DNA of 64,000 bases from Phoronis australis (taxonomy: Eukaryota > Animalia > Phoronida): positions 505,846-569,845 of the forward strand of contig NMRA01000018.1 in the NCBI GenBank assembly GCA_002633005.1, read 5' to 3'. The notes beneath the pieces are model-generated. The model did not search any database. It had not been told where the DNA came from and worked only from the letters and a program-made list of their open reading frames with translations. The translations under genes and the position numbers were made by a program. Positions 1 through 13,600 of the stretch are shown piece by piece; position 1 is the first letter of the stretch, and each line of letters opens with the position of its first letter.

Positions 1-3000
1 TCCTTGAGATTTCGTCCAGCCTTGATTTTCAAGGAGCACCATGCGGAGATGTTCTTGGATGGATTTGAAAAAGTGCTGCAGAACCACCATTGAATCTGCT
101 TTTATACGTTTGCTAATCAGCCAGTGTCAGACTTTGTCAGTGCCATACATAACTAAGTAACTGGATAGGCCTGCATATGTTTCGAGAGTCGGAACGCCGA
201 ATGTATTTGATCATCTAGCTTGAGCTTAGACTAATGTTGAAAGACCTGTCAAATACTTGCTGCATGGTGAATACAAGTTGATCTCTACCAGACAATGCTT
301 GTTTTGCATTGTTATTTTATTGGTCGTTAGCTTCGCTTACGGTATATTTTCTGTGTGATAGGGCAAAATAATGGGGCGTGGTTGTAGGGCAAAGGATTTC
401 CTTTCATGTGGAGAAATAGGCCTACTGATCTGCTTAGAAGCATTTGGATTTTGGAGTTTAAGTGTCTTGGACAACATTGAGAATCGACCGTTAGTTCTTA
501 GACACGCCGTAATTCGAATTTGGTTTCCCAGAAATCTTGAAGGAATCTCCCCCAAGAGTTCTAGATTCTGTATACAGTCACCATGTGGCGACATCGTCTC
601 GTCCACGAGTCTGCTCACCAACTGAAACTTCCAAAGAACGTGTGAAAATCGACGACATTTTGTGAGTCCGCTGAAAAATAGTTCTGCAAAGAGACAATTT
701 ACGCGGAAGTGGAGAAGGTATCAAAAGCAGAAATGGTGGCTTGACATTGCTTTTTATTCTTGATATTATGAGACCGTGCTAGGTCGTTGTTTTGAAAATA
801 CCACGAGACTGTGTGACTGAATCTAAGTAAGGTCCGCTAGAGTTGTTTTACTAATACTCAGTACATGTAAGTGTAATATGTTTTGCCTCTCTTTTGACGT
901 AACAGGCAGCTTTCACTTCTTAGTATTTTGGCAATCTGAGCCTGGTCGATATTACATTACTTCCATAACAATTAATAACAATTAATATTGTGTTTGTTTA
1001 ACTGAAGTACAATAAAGTCTATATTAATTCTTAATGCTGTTTGAAACCTTGTCCTGGAGCAAGGATCTAATCTCGGACCTACTGTGCTCGAAACTGACAG
1101 AGCACGCCGCATGATTCCAGTGCAAATTAAGTTTACTATAGTCACGCAACGCCATACTTTGAGTTGGAATTATTTGCGAGCTCCCTTGACGGTCACACTG
1201 CTTACAAGTAGCTTAGAAGCTGACTGTCGGTGTCGAGCAAACTTCACAGCCTGGTTTGAAGTAAATAAGTCACTGCTTTTAATCAGAAATCATTTGTAAT
1301 CGATAGAAAAGAACCGAGACGAATTTTATAATAAAGCCGGAGTCAAAAAGTTGTTTTCGACAGAATCGCGGGTTTATACAGCAAACTACAACCTATAAGT
1401 AATACTGGCACCCCACTAGAGTCACTTTGAAATACTCTGCGCACTCCGATAGGCGTATTCTCAAACTTACCATGTCTCGTTGTTCGTTAATATTTTCAGC
1501 CGTAGTTCTACGTGTCTGATAAGTACCCGATGCCACTTCCGCTCTGCCTTTTGTTAGCCCACTCCCATGTACATGTATAAGCCCCCAATTTTGGGACGTT
1601 ATCGAGTGTAAGCTCACCTTCTCTTGTATAAGAATATCCCAAATTTTCTCACTTTTTAGCTCATTAGCTTGGGTATAGGCCCTGTCTTTTTATTTTCTAG
1701 TTCCTGTCAAATCGTCCTTTTCTCTCGTTTGCGCTTTGTGGCTAGACAGGCTAACCTTAACCCTCGAGAAACAGATCTCGCTGTATGCGTTCATTGCAAT
1801 CACGTATCAAGCACGCAGGAGTGTGATACAAGACCATGAGATAATATGTGAATGTCCGATGTAAGACCAACCACGTTCATGTCTATGCGCACCCACTAAC
1901 TTTTGAATTATCTTTCTACTACGATAACGCTCTCTACGTGATCGCAGTACATGTAATTTATGACCCGACGATCAGTACTGCTTGCTTCCGTTAGCCTGCT
2001 CTGCAGCGATCACGAACAAACGTTGCGTAGCGCAACCTGAGCCTCGGACTCTCCTTATAGGAGGAGTTGGCAGGCCGTGAAACTACTCTGGTGTGTGTAC
2101 ACCGGGTACATGTGTACATGTACATAGGCGTCATGGCGATCAACAAAATCTATAGTATGCCCACCAAATAAGCCCTGCCCCGTGGACAAGTAGACAGGCC
2201 ACACTCGTCTCGTCGATAGCTTGAGCCAGGAGGCCTAAAATCATCCCACTCTGTATGCTTCGAATGTTAAATAGGTTTAAAGAATTTATGCAATATTTGA
2301 AAATAACACCTAGCCCATTGGTTATTGTTATTAAGAAATCCCGTTAATAACGCATTCGGGAAAACAGAGAGCTATGTGAAAAGACAAATCATCAAAACGT
2401 TACTTCACCTACACCAGAAAAATAAAAATGTCAGACAAATTTTCTCTGTGAAGTGAAATCACAATATAGAGTACACTGACACAGCAATAGAGTACATAAC
2501 AGGAATAATCTAATTTCTATCTTCTAGTGGAAGTGTATCAAATCTAAACTATTTAAATAAAGACCTTCCGACTCTTAAAAAACAACAAGATATGTAGTCT
2601 TTAGTTTTCAAATTATGTTTAAATATCATATAAATTCTCTATTTTGAATTTGTCTTAATACCTTGCCTCCAAACTTTCTAAAAATACCGAACGGAACTCA
2701 AGTCATAGATTCTAGATAACAAAACGACTTTGCAGCAAACACTTTCATCCTGTTAAATACATAGATTTATAATGTGCTGCTATTTTGCTGACCATTTTTA
2801 CCACACTGACTAGTGAGTCTAATCCAAACGGTCTCAGCATGCACTGAAAAACGACTAAACCTTGTTGGAAGCCATCCTAAACCCCTTGCATGGTAACAAT
2901 AGGCGAAAAGCGGCGCCTGTGACTGTGTTGGTTTGAGATATGTCCACAACACTTCATGTCACTAAATCCACGAATGTTCTCATGTTCCGCAACATTTACT

Positions 3001-4299
3001 GCTGAAGTTTGAGAGAGATTCTAATTCTCGTAAGTGGTTTAGTATGCTGTTCTATTGCTTGACGACAGTGTAATAAAAAGAGCTATGTTTTGTTTCATAA
3101 AAAGTGACTTACGCCAGACAGAAATTTATTCTAATTATTTCTGACGAACAACTAAATCTCACTTGAGCAAAAGTACAAAGTATCTGGTATATACACATCA
3201 TTGCTAGTTGCTGACATAATTTCTATAAATTATTTCTGGGCTGTAATACGTTCATAATTACTTGACTAAATCTTTATTCAATAATTGCGAAGTGGGTACG
3301 CAAGACAACATGTCTGTCTTAAGTCTTTTAAAGTCACTAAATCCATGGAATGGACTTCAGGCCAAAACGTTTGTATGAGGGCAGTTGGCATGATATCGAA
3401 CAACTGCGTGTGTTATAGCGATGAGATCTATGGATAGCAAGGAAACCACGGAATGAGGGACAAGTATCATACTTGTAGATTCTGTACTTCAGACGTGACT
3501 TGCCCAATAATTTGAGATATGTGTGAAGGCGTAATATTCGTAGCAACTGGCCCAGGCGTAGAGCAGGGACAATCGAGAAAAGAAAAGCACATTGAAACAT
3601 GTACAAGAAAGAAAATTTTAGAGAGCATTTGTCAACTATATGTGGTATATTTACGTTTTGGGGTCCCGGTCAGGATATTTGTATTAGAGGTCCCCACTTT
3701 TAAAAAAATTGCATTGTGAACTATCTGCGCTAACTTGAAAATTTGAAAATTTGCTTTTATTTATACATATTACGAATAAGTTCGAGAAAACTTGTCATGC
3801 ATTGCAAAAGTTGATTCAGATTTTTAAATTCAAGATTACTATATTCAAGTAATGCAAGGCTGTATTCCTCCGGGACTCTGTAGTGGCATATATTGTGGCA
3901 CTCGACACACATTGTGGCCCCTTTTTCCCACGAAAACAATCCTACGTTGACACGCTAACCGGTCGAGATTGGGCCACTCGAGTGGTTTGCACACCACAGA
4001 ATTTGCCGGTTAAGATCAAAGACACCATATTGTTGTGGTTAATTAAATTGCCTGGGGCTGATGATGTTATTGATCTCTAGATAATGAGACCATCTTAAAC
4101 ACATTGGAGACGATAATAGTTTTTTAAATTTTTGTTTCGAAAGTTTGTATGAAGCATATTTGAATAGTTCGTGAAAAGCACATGTGATTAGGTTGTTGAA
4201 TTTTGAAAAATGGACAAGAAATGGGACTTAAAATTACAACCTAAAACGCTGAAAAGCTTTTTTAATGTTGCAATAATACACTGTATATTCCTCATTAGT

Positions 4300-5000
4300 T
4301 CTAATGGGTGTGTACATATGTAACATGATTGGGACAATTACTAAACCACCAGGGAGTTGTTGGATTTTGAGCTGTAATCCAAGTGCATCATTTAATCATA
4401 CCATCATCACGGAGAGGTGTCCCGATGATGTAATCAAAAGTACAACCTTTTATATTGCCGAAGGTGACCTGATGATGCAAGGAGGTGACCTGGTGGTGAA
4501 ATCAAGTGTCACTGTTTTCCAGTTTTCTTTCAGTTTCACATTAGAGTATTTGGACAGTATGTCTTCAGTATTAGGGAACATCTCTGTAACGGGTTCCTCT
4601 CTTGGAGGAGCGGCTCAAACCAATTGCCTAAACCATCAAAAAGGTGGCACTGTAGCCTAATAGGATATAAACAAAATATCAGGAGTAGACGTTTAGTTTG
4701 GAAAGTTTTACTGATCTGTTTGTTAACTAGCAGAAAGCACTTCACTTTCATGACCATGAGGTCAGACCAGTGATGATGTAATTTGATTCCAATATAATAG
4801 TAGGGAACATTCTAGAAGTTTCCAGTGTGTATATAGTGATTAATAAAATCATAGTCTGGAATATTGTGTTGAAGTTAAAGTTGAGTCGGGTGAAATTACT
4901 AGCGGTTCCAGAATCAGCAGTTACAGCTTTAGCCAATAGAGGGGCAGTTATGAAGACACCAGTGAGGTTATTAAATCAACTAGTGTAACAGCTGCTGAAC
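4300..5000 (-). pseudogene. Possible highly decayed CR1/L2-type LINE endonuclease fragment
   Basis: Frame-broken minus-strand peptides (VTLDFT, WFSNCPNHV) loosely resemble APE GDFN and LDLxFTN motifs; weak. Confidence 0.25.
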
Positions 5001-6869
5001 GTGTCTCATAAGTTCATTACAAGACAAGGCTTCACAGCACTGGCTGGAGCGCAGAACAGACATTACGTCGGACGTTTTGTATGAGTAGGCTTGTGAACGT
5101 GCGGTCGAGAATAGTAAAGGAATTAACTCGAACGAGTGTTCTGTCTGTTGTCGCACCGAAAGCTATTAGCACCGGTCGGTAACAACCTGTGCCCTCCCAT
5201 CCGCGGCGAAGTACATGACAAACAAAAAAATATTAGTATAAGCCAGAACTGACATATAGCAGAAAATGAAAACCAGAGCCAAAATCAAAGAAGTCGCAGC
5301 GATCTGTTAAAACAGGTCATGAAGAACACTGAGGTACGTTATGAGAAATATTGGTCCGGCCCCTAAGGAGTATGTCTAACGATTTAAAAGGTACTTAAAC
5401 CTACATACACTGACAATCGTTAACAAAAATTTCCTCTGTCTTGGAGTGCAAGTTTAATGTATAAACTGTGATATGACATTACTGGACCAAACTTGAATTT
5501 CCGCTAACATGAAACAATTCTAAAACGTTCTTAGGAATGACTCCCAAACTTTCCGTGAGATGTCTCCACTGTTGTCTTGGATGCCTGACAAGGAAATGAA
5601 TCGGTGGACTACCTTTCGGAAGTTACTAAAAATTACATACACCTATACTGCGAATTACGGATTTGTTGCAACTTTTTTTCTTTTAAACTGCGAAGGTTCT
5701 GATTTACATATTTATGTATCTATGAATGTCAACTGATTCATAGACGTGTTGTTACTATTATAAACTAATCCTGTAAAAATTAATGTTGCTTTAGCAAACT
5801 TAAATGCATTACCAGAATTCGAAACACTTACTACCATTCTACCCCAAACAGCAAAGTATATCATTAAGTGATTTTTGTCGATCTGAACTAATTTTTTGAA
5901 ACAGTCCCTTAGGCAGAGTACCAAGGACACCAGAACCGCACCCTTTCAAAATGTATCCCTTCAATGCATGTCTCTAATAACTTGAACTTCCCCTGACTGG
6001 GCCCTAATAAAGTAAATCGTGATCTTAAAGGCCTTTTTTCTAGTGTCGGACATAGACGAAACCATAATCGCCGTTTTCGACACCTGACGATGTTCCATCA
6101 ACTTATTCTGAGGTGATGCTGGTTTTCTCCGTATTTTGCATCTCGCGATAATGGTTTCTTACTTTACCTTTTGCCCTCTTAAGAATGATTTTGGAAGTAC
6201 AGATTTTCTGCTCCCTAATAATTTTAAGTTTATAAAAGACATCTCCTTAAAGGTCTAATCATGCCCTAAACACGTAACACAGTAAACAGATTAGGTCTAA
6301 AATGTGACCCTTCTCGTGAAATTTTTAACGAAATGGGTATCTTCCACGGGTTGACACCCAAGTAGCAAAGTCCGAGGGCGAGGATGTGCAACATTGACGA
6401 CGACTTGGCAGGAAGCTGAAGTGCCCAATAAACTCAACAATTTTTTCCTACGGGCCTGCTAAAACGAGGATGTACAGTATTTCTGATAGCTTGTCAAGTT
6501 GGGAATTGATATTTGAAGTGTATAGCCTGACCACATCGTGAAGTAACTTTCATGTTGTGGTTTTGGGAACGTGTGAAATGTGACATGTACAGATGATGGT
6601 TTTTTTAAGTGTTTGTTTTTCTTGCGGAGAACTTCAACGCTCCATTTTTTTCAGTTTCTTGATTTCGATAACCGGTTGTTGTTTCTTTTAAAGTCTTGGT
6701 TTCTCCGGCAAATAGCACATTTTTCTAGAGTTAAATCTGGATCAAGTTGTGGACTCTCTAACATACTTTCGTCATTTAAGCTTACTACGATACGATCTGT
6801 TCCCATTTCGTCATGCAGAGTTTCGTAGTTTCAGTGTACAGCAAGACGGTACTCAAATCATTACTAAAT

Positions 6870-6961
6870 TTGTTCGCGGATCTCCCTTGTGCTGATTGCG
6901 CATACTGAGCTTCGCGTGTTCGTGTACTGAGTTCCTACGAACCACGAAGTAATCGGTGAGT
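6870..6961 (+). promoter_or_regulatory. Possible promoter / non-coding first exon of the TIR-Schlafen gene
   Basis: CpG-richer patch ending in a consensus donor CG|GTGAGT at 6956. An ISRE-like TTTCAGTTTC lies at 6649-6658. Confidence 0.3.
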
Positions 6962-7522
6962 TTACAAACTCCTACGTCGAAGTCATTTTTCTGTCCCTGA
7001 TAGCTTAAGTGATGAAAACACATCTTCAAAGGGCATAGCGTATATTAAAGTGTTCCTCCTTTTCGTTCACACAAAAGGCCCGACGGAAGCATTTGAATGG
7101 CTAGACCTTTTCTGCTCTGTTGACTCCAGGAAAAATGGGTAATTGTTTGCGTGGTGTTTGCTCTTTTTACCTGATACCATTTTATATTGATTTTAAGCCC
7201 GTGTGCGTTGTTTGTTTGTACAAATGCATGATGACGCTTCTTCACTTCGACTGGCGGGAGGGGTGAACTGAGGTGGAGGTAAAACGGGTGGCGATTGGGA
7301 TGAAGTTAAAGAATTCTTGTGATGACCTTGGCGCGAAATTGGGTGATGTTGCAGGCGAAAGTGGAGTCAACGAGAGGGAGAGGAGGGCTACGCTAACATT
7401 TGTTTCGTCTCCCACTAACGCAAACCTCCCCACGCCTATGAATAAGCAAGTCCAAACAGTTACCGGTCTATGGGTAAACTTCAGGGTAGTAATTGTGACA
7501 TATGTGATAGTTCGACTCTGAG

Positions 7523-7633
7523 ATGGCAGCAAAATATCCAGAGAAAATCAGTACTGAGGCCGAGGACAATTCTTTGATTCAGCAACCATCACAGCAACTG
7601 CCGGCCACTGTGACGACTTGCCCCGAATATGAG
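7523..7633 (+). CDS. Putative first coding exon of TIR-Schlafen gene (MAAKYPEK...CPEYE)
   Basis: ATG in gagATGG context, 37 codons, strong donor GTAGGT, phase 0 matching the TIR exon acceptor. Most of the intervening DNA is a TE nest. Confidence 0.6.
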
Positions 7634-10600
7634 GTAGGTCTGAAAGATCTGGTAGATTTTATGGCGCCTATATCCGCCATTAAGAGTTCATACCTTAGTC
7701 ACCCTGATTCACAATGACCGCCCTTTTTAACATTCACTGTGATTTGGGGATGAAATCATTTTGTTGCAGAATTCAGTGACGAAACTTATTAGCGTATGCC
7801 GAAATTTCATCTGATGATTTGTTTCTCGCCACAACTGGAGTATTAAACAATAGTTCAACCTGTAGTACCGCCCATTTTTTCTCGGAAAAAGTGTTTAGCC
7901 ACACGGCTATTGAACGGTCGCCATTTTGAAAACAATATGGTCCCACTACACCTAGAGTTCTCGTTCTCTGGTTTAATGCATCTGTACAACTGCAGTAGCG
8001 TGAGCGAGCGATCCTATTAAGAATTCTCAGGTTTGGTGCAAAAGGATTGCTGCGATTTTCAACCAACATGATTTTAGAATACAAGGTAGGTCATCATTCA
8101 TATAACTAATAGTTTTATGTAGAATTTGAAGAACTGTGATCTTTTATTACTAAAGTATACTATGACTTCTGAGAAATAACTAGATTGTACTCAATCATGT
8201 TTTGCCGATAGATACAGTAGATGCGTACATGCAGTAAGCAAACATGCCCTACACAATGCATTTTGTACACATTCCGTTTCTTTTTAAGAAGATATTATCG
8301 TATTAATTGCAAAACCTCTAACAAACCATTAAAATATTTTAAATGGCAACTAAATGGTTGCTTAAAAACCGAGAAGAAATCGAGTTCCCTTTCTATCAAA
8401 AGTCTATACAACTGTCATTAACCGAACAATTTTTAAATGTTATTGGAAAACTTTATTTTCTTTTTTGGAGAAGCGGATTTTCAGAAAACTTTGAAAGCTT
8501 TGTTATGAACGCTAACGTTGTTAAATTGCCTGAATATTAGTTTTTGATTTTACAAAAACAAATGATTTTCTATTTAGACTTTTGTCGGTTATTGTCGAGA
8601 GTTCTATATTGCAGCAGCAGCATGGATAAAAGATCTCTTGTGGGTCTCAGTTAAAATTTTTTAACAGAATTATAACCACCAACGGAAGAACGTGTCAGAT
8701 ATATCAAAAAAAAACACAGAAAAATCAGGAACCCCAACTGACCAACCTCAGCGTTCATATAGTATTGTCAGAGATTGACTGGGTTTGTTAAAAAGGTAGC
8801 TTTGCTTTGAGATTGTGCGTAGATGGAGAATGAATAATCAAATACTGCAATTACTTTACTATATGACGACCACTAGTTAGACAAGTGAAACCTGTTGTTA
8901 ATTAAGTAATCAACTACAAAGAAGAGTAACTGCGCTAGCGCCCTATTTAAAGATTACTTCAATCAATCAACCAAAATAATCAAATGTCTTATCGGCTATC
9001 CGAGCTGTAGGACTCTCCACTTGTTGGATGACTGTCCTGTTGGTGAATCTTTGAACTACACACACTGTATTGCAACAGTGCACTTGCTGATCACAGTCTC
9101 TGATGACGCAACACTTCAGGCAGTATCTTACTACAAGTGACAAGCTTAGTTAGCTTCCTGTTCGTTAATCCTTGCCCTTGCCAAGATCCTCTCTAGAATC
9201 TTCCACTAGATGACTCTGTTGTACAATTTCCAGGGTACACTGTAGCAAGTCTTTATGTTTCAACTACTAAAGCTTATCTGAATATCTTCTTGATTTTAGC
9301 ATACATTATAATATTCTACTTATTAACGATTGGCTAATAAACCACATGATCATATCCAATCATATCATTGGCTGTTACGATTTGTTCTCAGAAATGTCTA
9401 GAATCTCTAGAGTGCTTTACCGTAGAACCAAAGTTGTGAACACCACCTAAAAATAAATTTTGACGTTGTAGTACCTGTCAACAAGTTTGAGCCCATGATT
9501 TATGCACAAATTTCTCTGAGGGGGCGCTGCTGCAGCTTGTTAAGTTGTGTGTAAAATTGCTCTCAACAGTACATCAAATATTTTGCAAACGAACGTACAG
9601 GAGCAAGCAAAAAATTGCAGAGGTAAAATTTGTGTCAAAGACTTTGATGAACTTGTTTTGAGGTTTTAGATACTTTCACCAGATAGAGAAAGTTTGCTGT
9701 TTGTTGTGGGGCTTGTCCTATGATATAGCTGTGTTTAGTGGCAACTCACTGACCAACATTACTGCTATCTGAACTAGAACCCTGCTGCTGGTGGTAAAAG
9801 GTCACCATTCAAAACCACCATGGATGACTGAAAGGAATCTAGGTTAGTCACTCAGTGTAAATAACCCTTGATGTGTGTTATACTGGTCAAGATCAGTGGA
9901 TGCAAAACAGTTAGAGGAAAGATTTGCTAATCTCGATGAGGGGATTGCAAAATCTGTGAAACTTATCATCAAGGAGGAGGTTTTGAAGTTGAATGAAGAA
10001 CTGGTCAAGCTTAAAAGGGAAAATGAGGTCTTGAAGGAAAAGGTGAATTCTCTTGAGCAGCATTCAAGAAGGAATAGTCTACGCACCTATGGTTTGAAAG
10101 AAGAGGAATCTGAAGTATGTATTCAAACAGTTTTTGGAAAAACCTCTTAAAGTAAAAGTTAAACCTTTAGAGATTGACCGTGCGCACCGAATTGGGAAAC
10201 TCAAACCTACATGTACAGGTAGAGTGTCAAGACACTCTGTCCAATCAACAACTCCGAGACCAATGATTGTGAAATTTATTTCTTATCAAACTAGAGAAAA
10301 GGTGTTTAAACAGAAGAAGATTCTAAAAGATATATTTTAGAAGACCTAACATCGCTAAACTATAATTTACTCAAATCTGCATTCAAGAATGATGAAGTCA
10401 AAAGTAGCTGGTTCAGCGATGGCAGGATCTATGTACAGTTGACAAACGGAAATATAAAGGTGATCAAGGGTAGGGAAGATATTTAATTTGCGACTTCAAG
10501 TGGCTAGCCAGATGGCGAAGACGGGCGGAACTAGATGGATTTGAATTCTTTCAATTGTATGTATTTTTTGTTGTTTCGTAGGTGTGTGTGTGTCGGAGCA

Positions 10601-13600
10601 CAGGCACCTTTAAGTAGCCCTCTACAATATAATATAATATAATATAATATATTACATTGTAGAGGGCTACTTAAATGTGCCTGTGGTCGGAGTGAATAGT
10701 TTCTATATTCTCGTGATCACGGTTCATTTATTTTTTTGTTGAAAGGTTTTTTAGTGGTTTATCTAGTTATAGGTTTTGTGGTTTCCCAATTGATGACAAT
10801 GGTTAGCTTAAACTTAATATCTTTAAACTGCAGGAGTTTAAATCATGAATTGAAAAGGCAGCATTTGTTTTCTATTTTGAGGAAGAAGAGGGTTGATATT
10901 GCCATTTTACAAGAAACATACAGTACAATAACTAACATTAATAAATGGGGACATGAGTGGGGAAGTAGAATCTATGCTGCTCATGGGTCAGAGCACAGCA
11001 GGGGTGTTGCCATCATGTTTAACAACAACTTAAATGTTACAGTTAAAAGATGTATCGAAGATCCTGATGGTCGTTATTTGTGCATTGACGCAGATGTGGA
11101 TGATCATAATTATATTTTCAAAGACGTTTATTTTCCAAACGAAAATAGATCTCAATTAATGTTTTTGGACAAGTTAAATAACACTTCCCAAAGATATGTA
11201 AATAAAGATAATATTTTTGTGCAGGTGATTGTAATTGCCCATTAGGAAAAATTGATCAACAAGGAATAAGAGATACTAGAGATAAACAAACAGTCATTGA
11301 CAAGCTTAAAGGTTTTGCAGAGTCTTTCCATCTATTTGACGTTTGGAGATTTCAGAATCCAGGCAAAAAACAATATACATGGCATAATAATTCCTACAGA
11401 TTACAAAGCAGAATTGACTACTGGTTGGTTTCAAAGAACATAAAAGATCATTTCAATTTTTCATTCGCTAGTCAAACTTCATTGCTCACTTAAAGATTCT
11501 ATACCGAGAGGGCCTGGATTATGGAAAATTAATAATAGTCTTTTAGAAGATGAAAGATATGTAACTAACTTAAAAATGATTATTAAAACCTGTGTTGAAG
11601 AGTATGTTTATCTAAGTAATAAACATACCAAATGGGAAATGGTTAAAATTAAAATAAGGGAATATACTATGAGATACTCAAAAAGAAAAAAGAAATTAGA
11701 ATATGCTGAGGAAGAAAAATTGATTGAAATTATCAACAACTTGACAGGAGAACTAAATGATGGTAGAATTGATGATGGAATTGTACAGACTTTGGAAAGA
11801 GCCAAGTCCAATTTGCAACGTGTACAAACTCATAAAGTACGTGGACAAATGTTAAGAAGTAAAGCCCAGTTAATTGAGGAAGGGGAGAGTAGCCCAAAAT
11901 TTTTTGACTCATTGGAGAAAAGAAATTTTAAAAAAAGTGTATAAGTATCCTTAAAAATAAAAATGGCCACTTGATAAGAGATCATGCTGAAATCAGGTCA
12001 GAATTGACTCATTAGTACTCCTCTGTTTTCACAGATCGTCAAATGGAAACACCATCCACTATACCAGATCTTTTTAATATCGTCAGAGATGTACCATCCA
12101 GTGATGAACCTTTAAGAGAGGGTGAATTTTATGAAGTTTTAAAATCTTGTAAAAATAATAAGTCTCCAGGAAATGACTGGCTAACTTACGAATTTCGTAA
12201 GTGTTTCTGGCATGAAGTTAAAAACTCCTTACTTGAAGCTTTTGAATATAGTTTTTCAGTGCGGGAAATATCTACATCACAGAGGCAAGGAGCAATATCG
12301 CTCCTACCCAAGTCAAAAGATGAGTTCGAGCTCCAGTCTTTGGATAATTGGCAACCAATATCTCTATTGAATACTGATTATAAAATACTTACATAAGTTC
12401 TTACAGCCCGTATAAATAATATCATGGGAAAACTGGTTCACCCAGGTCAAACAGCTGTTAAAGGACGATATATAGGATACAATATTCGTATCATTCAGGA
12501 TATAATTTCTTATACAAACATTACTGATGTTCAAGGTCACATTTTATTTTTGGACTTTTGCAAGGCGTATGATGCAATAAAATGGGACTTTATTTTTCAA
12601 GCTTTGAAGGCTTTTAATTTTGGACAGGGTTTTACATGATGGGTAGAAATAATCTATAACAAACCAAGAGCTTGTGTTGTCAATAATGATTTTACAACAG
12701 ATTATTTTCGTTTAGAAAGGGGTGTAAGACAGGGTGATTCATTGTCAGGTCCATTATTTTGCCTAGCTATTGAAGTTATTGCCAATGTGCTATTCGGAGA
12801 ATTCTCCTCACGGTGTCGCTGCTGTACTAGTGGTGATTGAATTGCGCATGCGTGGCTGTCTGCATGTAAACAACTGGTAAAAGATGGAATTTTTTGTCAA
12901 AATACGTCGTCGCGCTAAGCCTTATTACTGTTAATTTCCCTGGTGCAAGTCTTCGACAGGTGGCCACAAATTCCCAAAAGACCTAAGGTTACTATATTCG
13001 TGGACAATTGCGGTCAACAGGGTCAACTAACTGACAAAAAGTGTGTGGATGCTGAAGCCCCGTGTGTGCTCTATGACTATGCAGTTTCATTCGGAGACTA
13101 CACAACATTACTTGATAAGTTTTTAGCAATCAATTTCTATCAACATCGCTCGGTGATGTTATCCCCACCAGTTACCCCACTGAATAACAGGTTTATTGAG
13201 TGGAACTAAGTGTTTCTTTGTGGAAACTCGCTCGATGCCGGGTAGGCTAGCAGCACATATTCATATTGTCCTGGGTGGGAGTGCTCCCAAAATAAGAGGT
13301 GTATGGTACGTGATGCACAGAAGTCAAGAGTGACTTTATCACAGCAGTTTCTCTTCAAAACTATGCTGTTTCCAATAAAATTCTCTAGATGAGTGAGTTT
13401 CCTTATTTTATCCTGGACCCCACCCCGAGGACTACCAGCTCAGTTATCAAATTAACATGAATAAGCCTTAATTCAGTAAATGTCATAACATTGCATTGGA
13501 AAAAATCGACACCTAGAATGAATTTTACTTGTTGAGATCACAAGCACATTTTAAGTGTCATGAAAAATGCACTTTGTTAAATCACTTTTAGCTTGTTTCA

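Noticed and set aside
1-700. Short ORFs 337-621 (-) and 371-625 (+)
   Set aside because: No recognisable domain or consistent exon structure.
7273-7521. 82-aa ORF immediately upstream of the TIR-Schlafen ATG
   Set aside because: GTG start, no homology recognised, ends in a stop just before ATG 7523 in a different frame.
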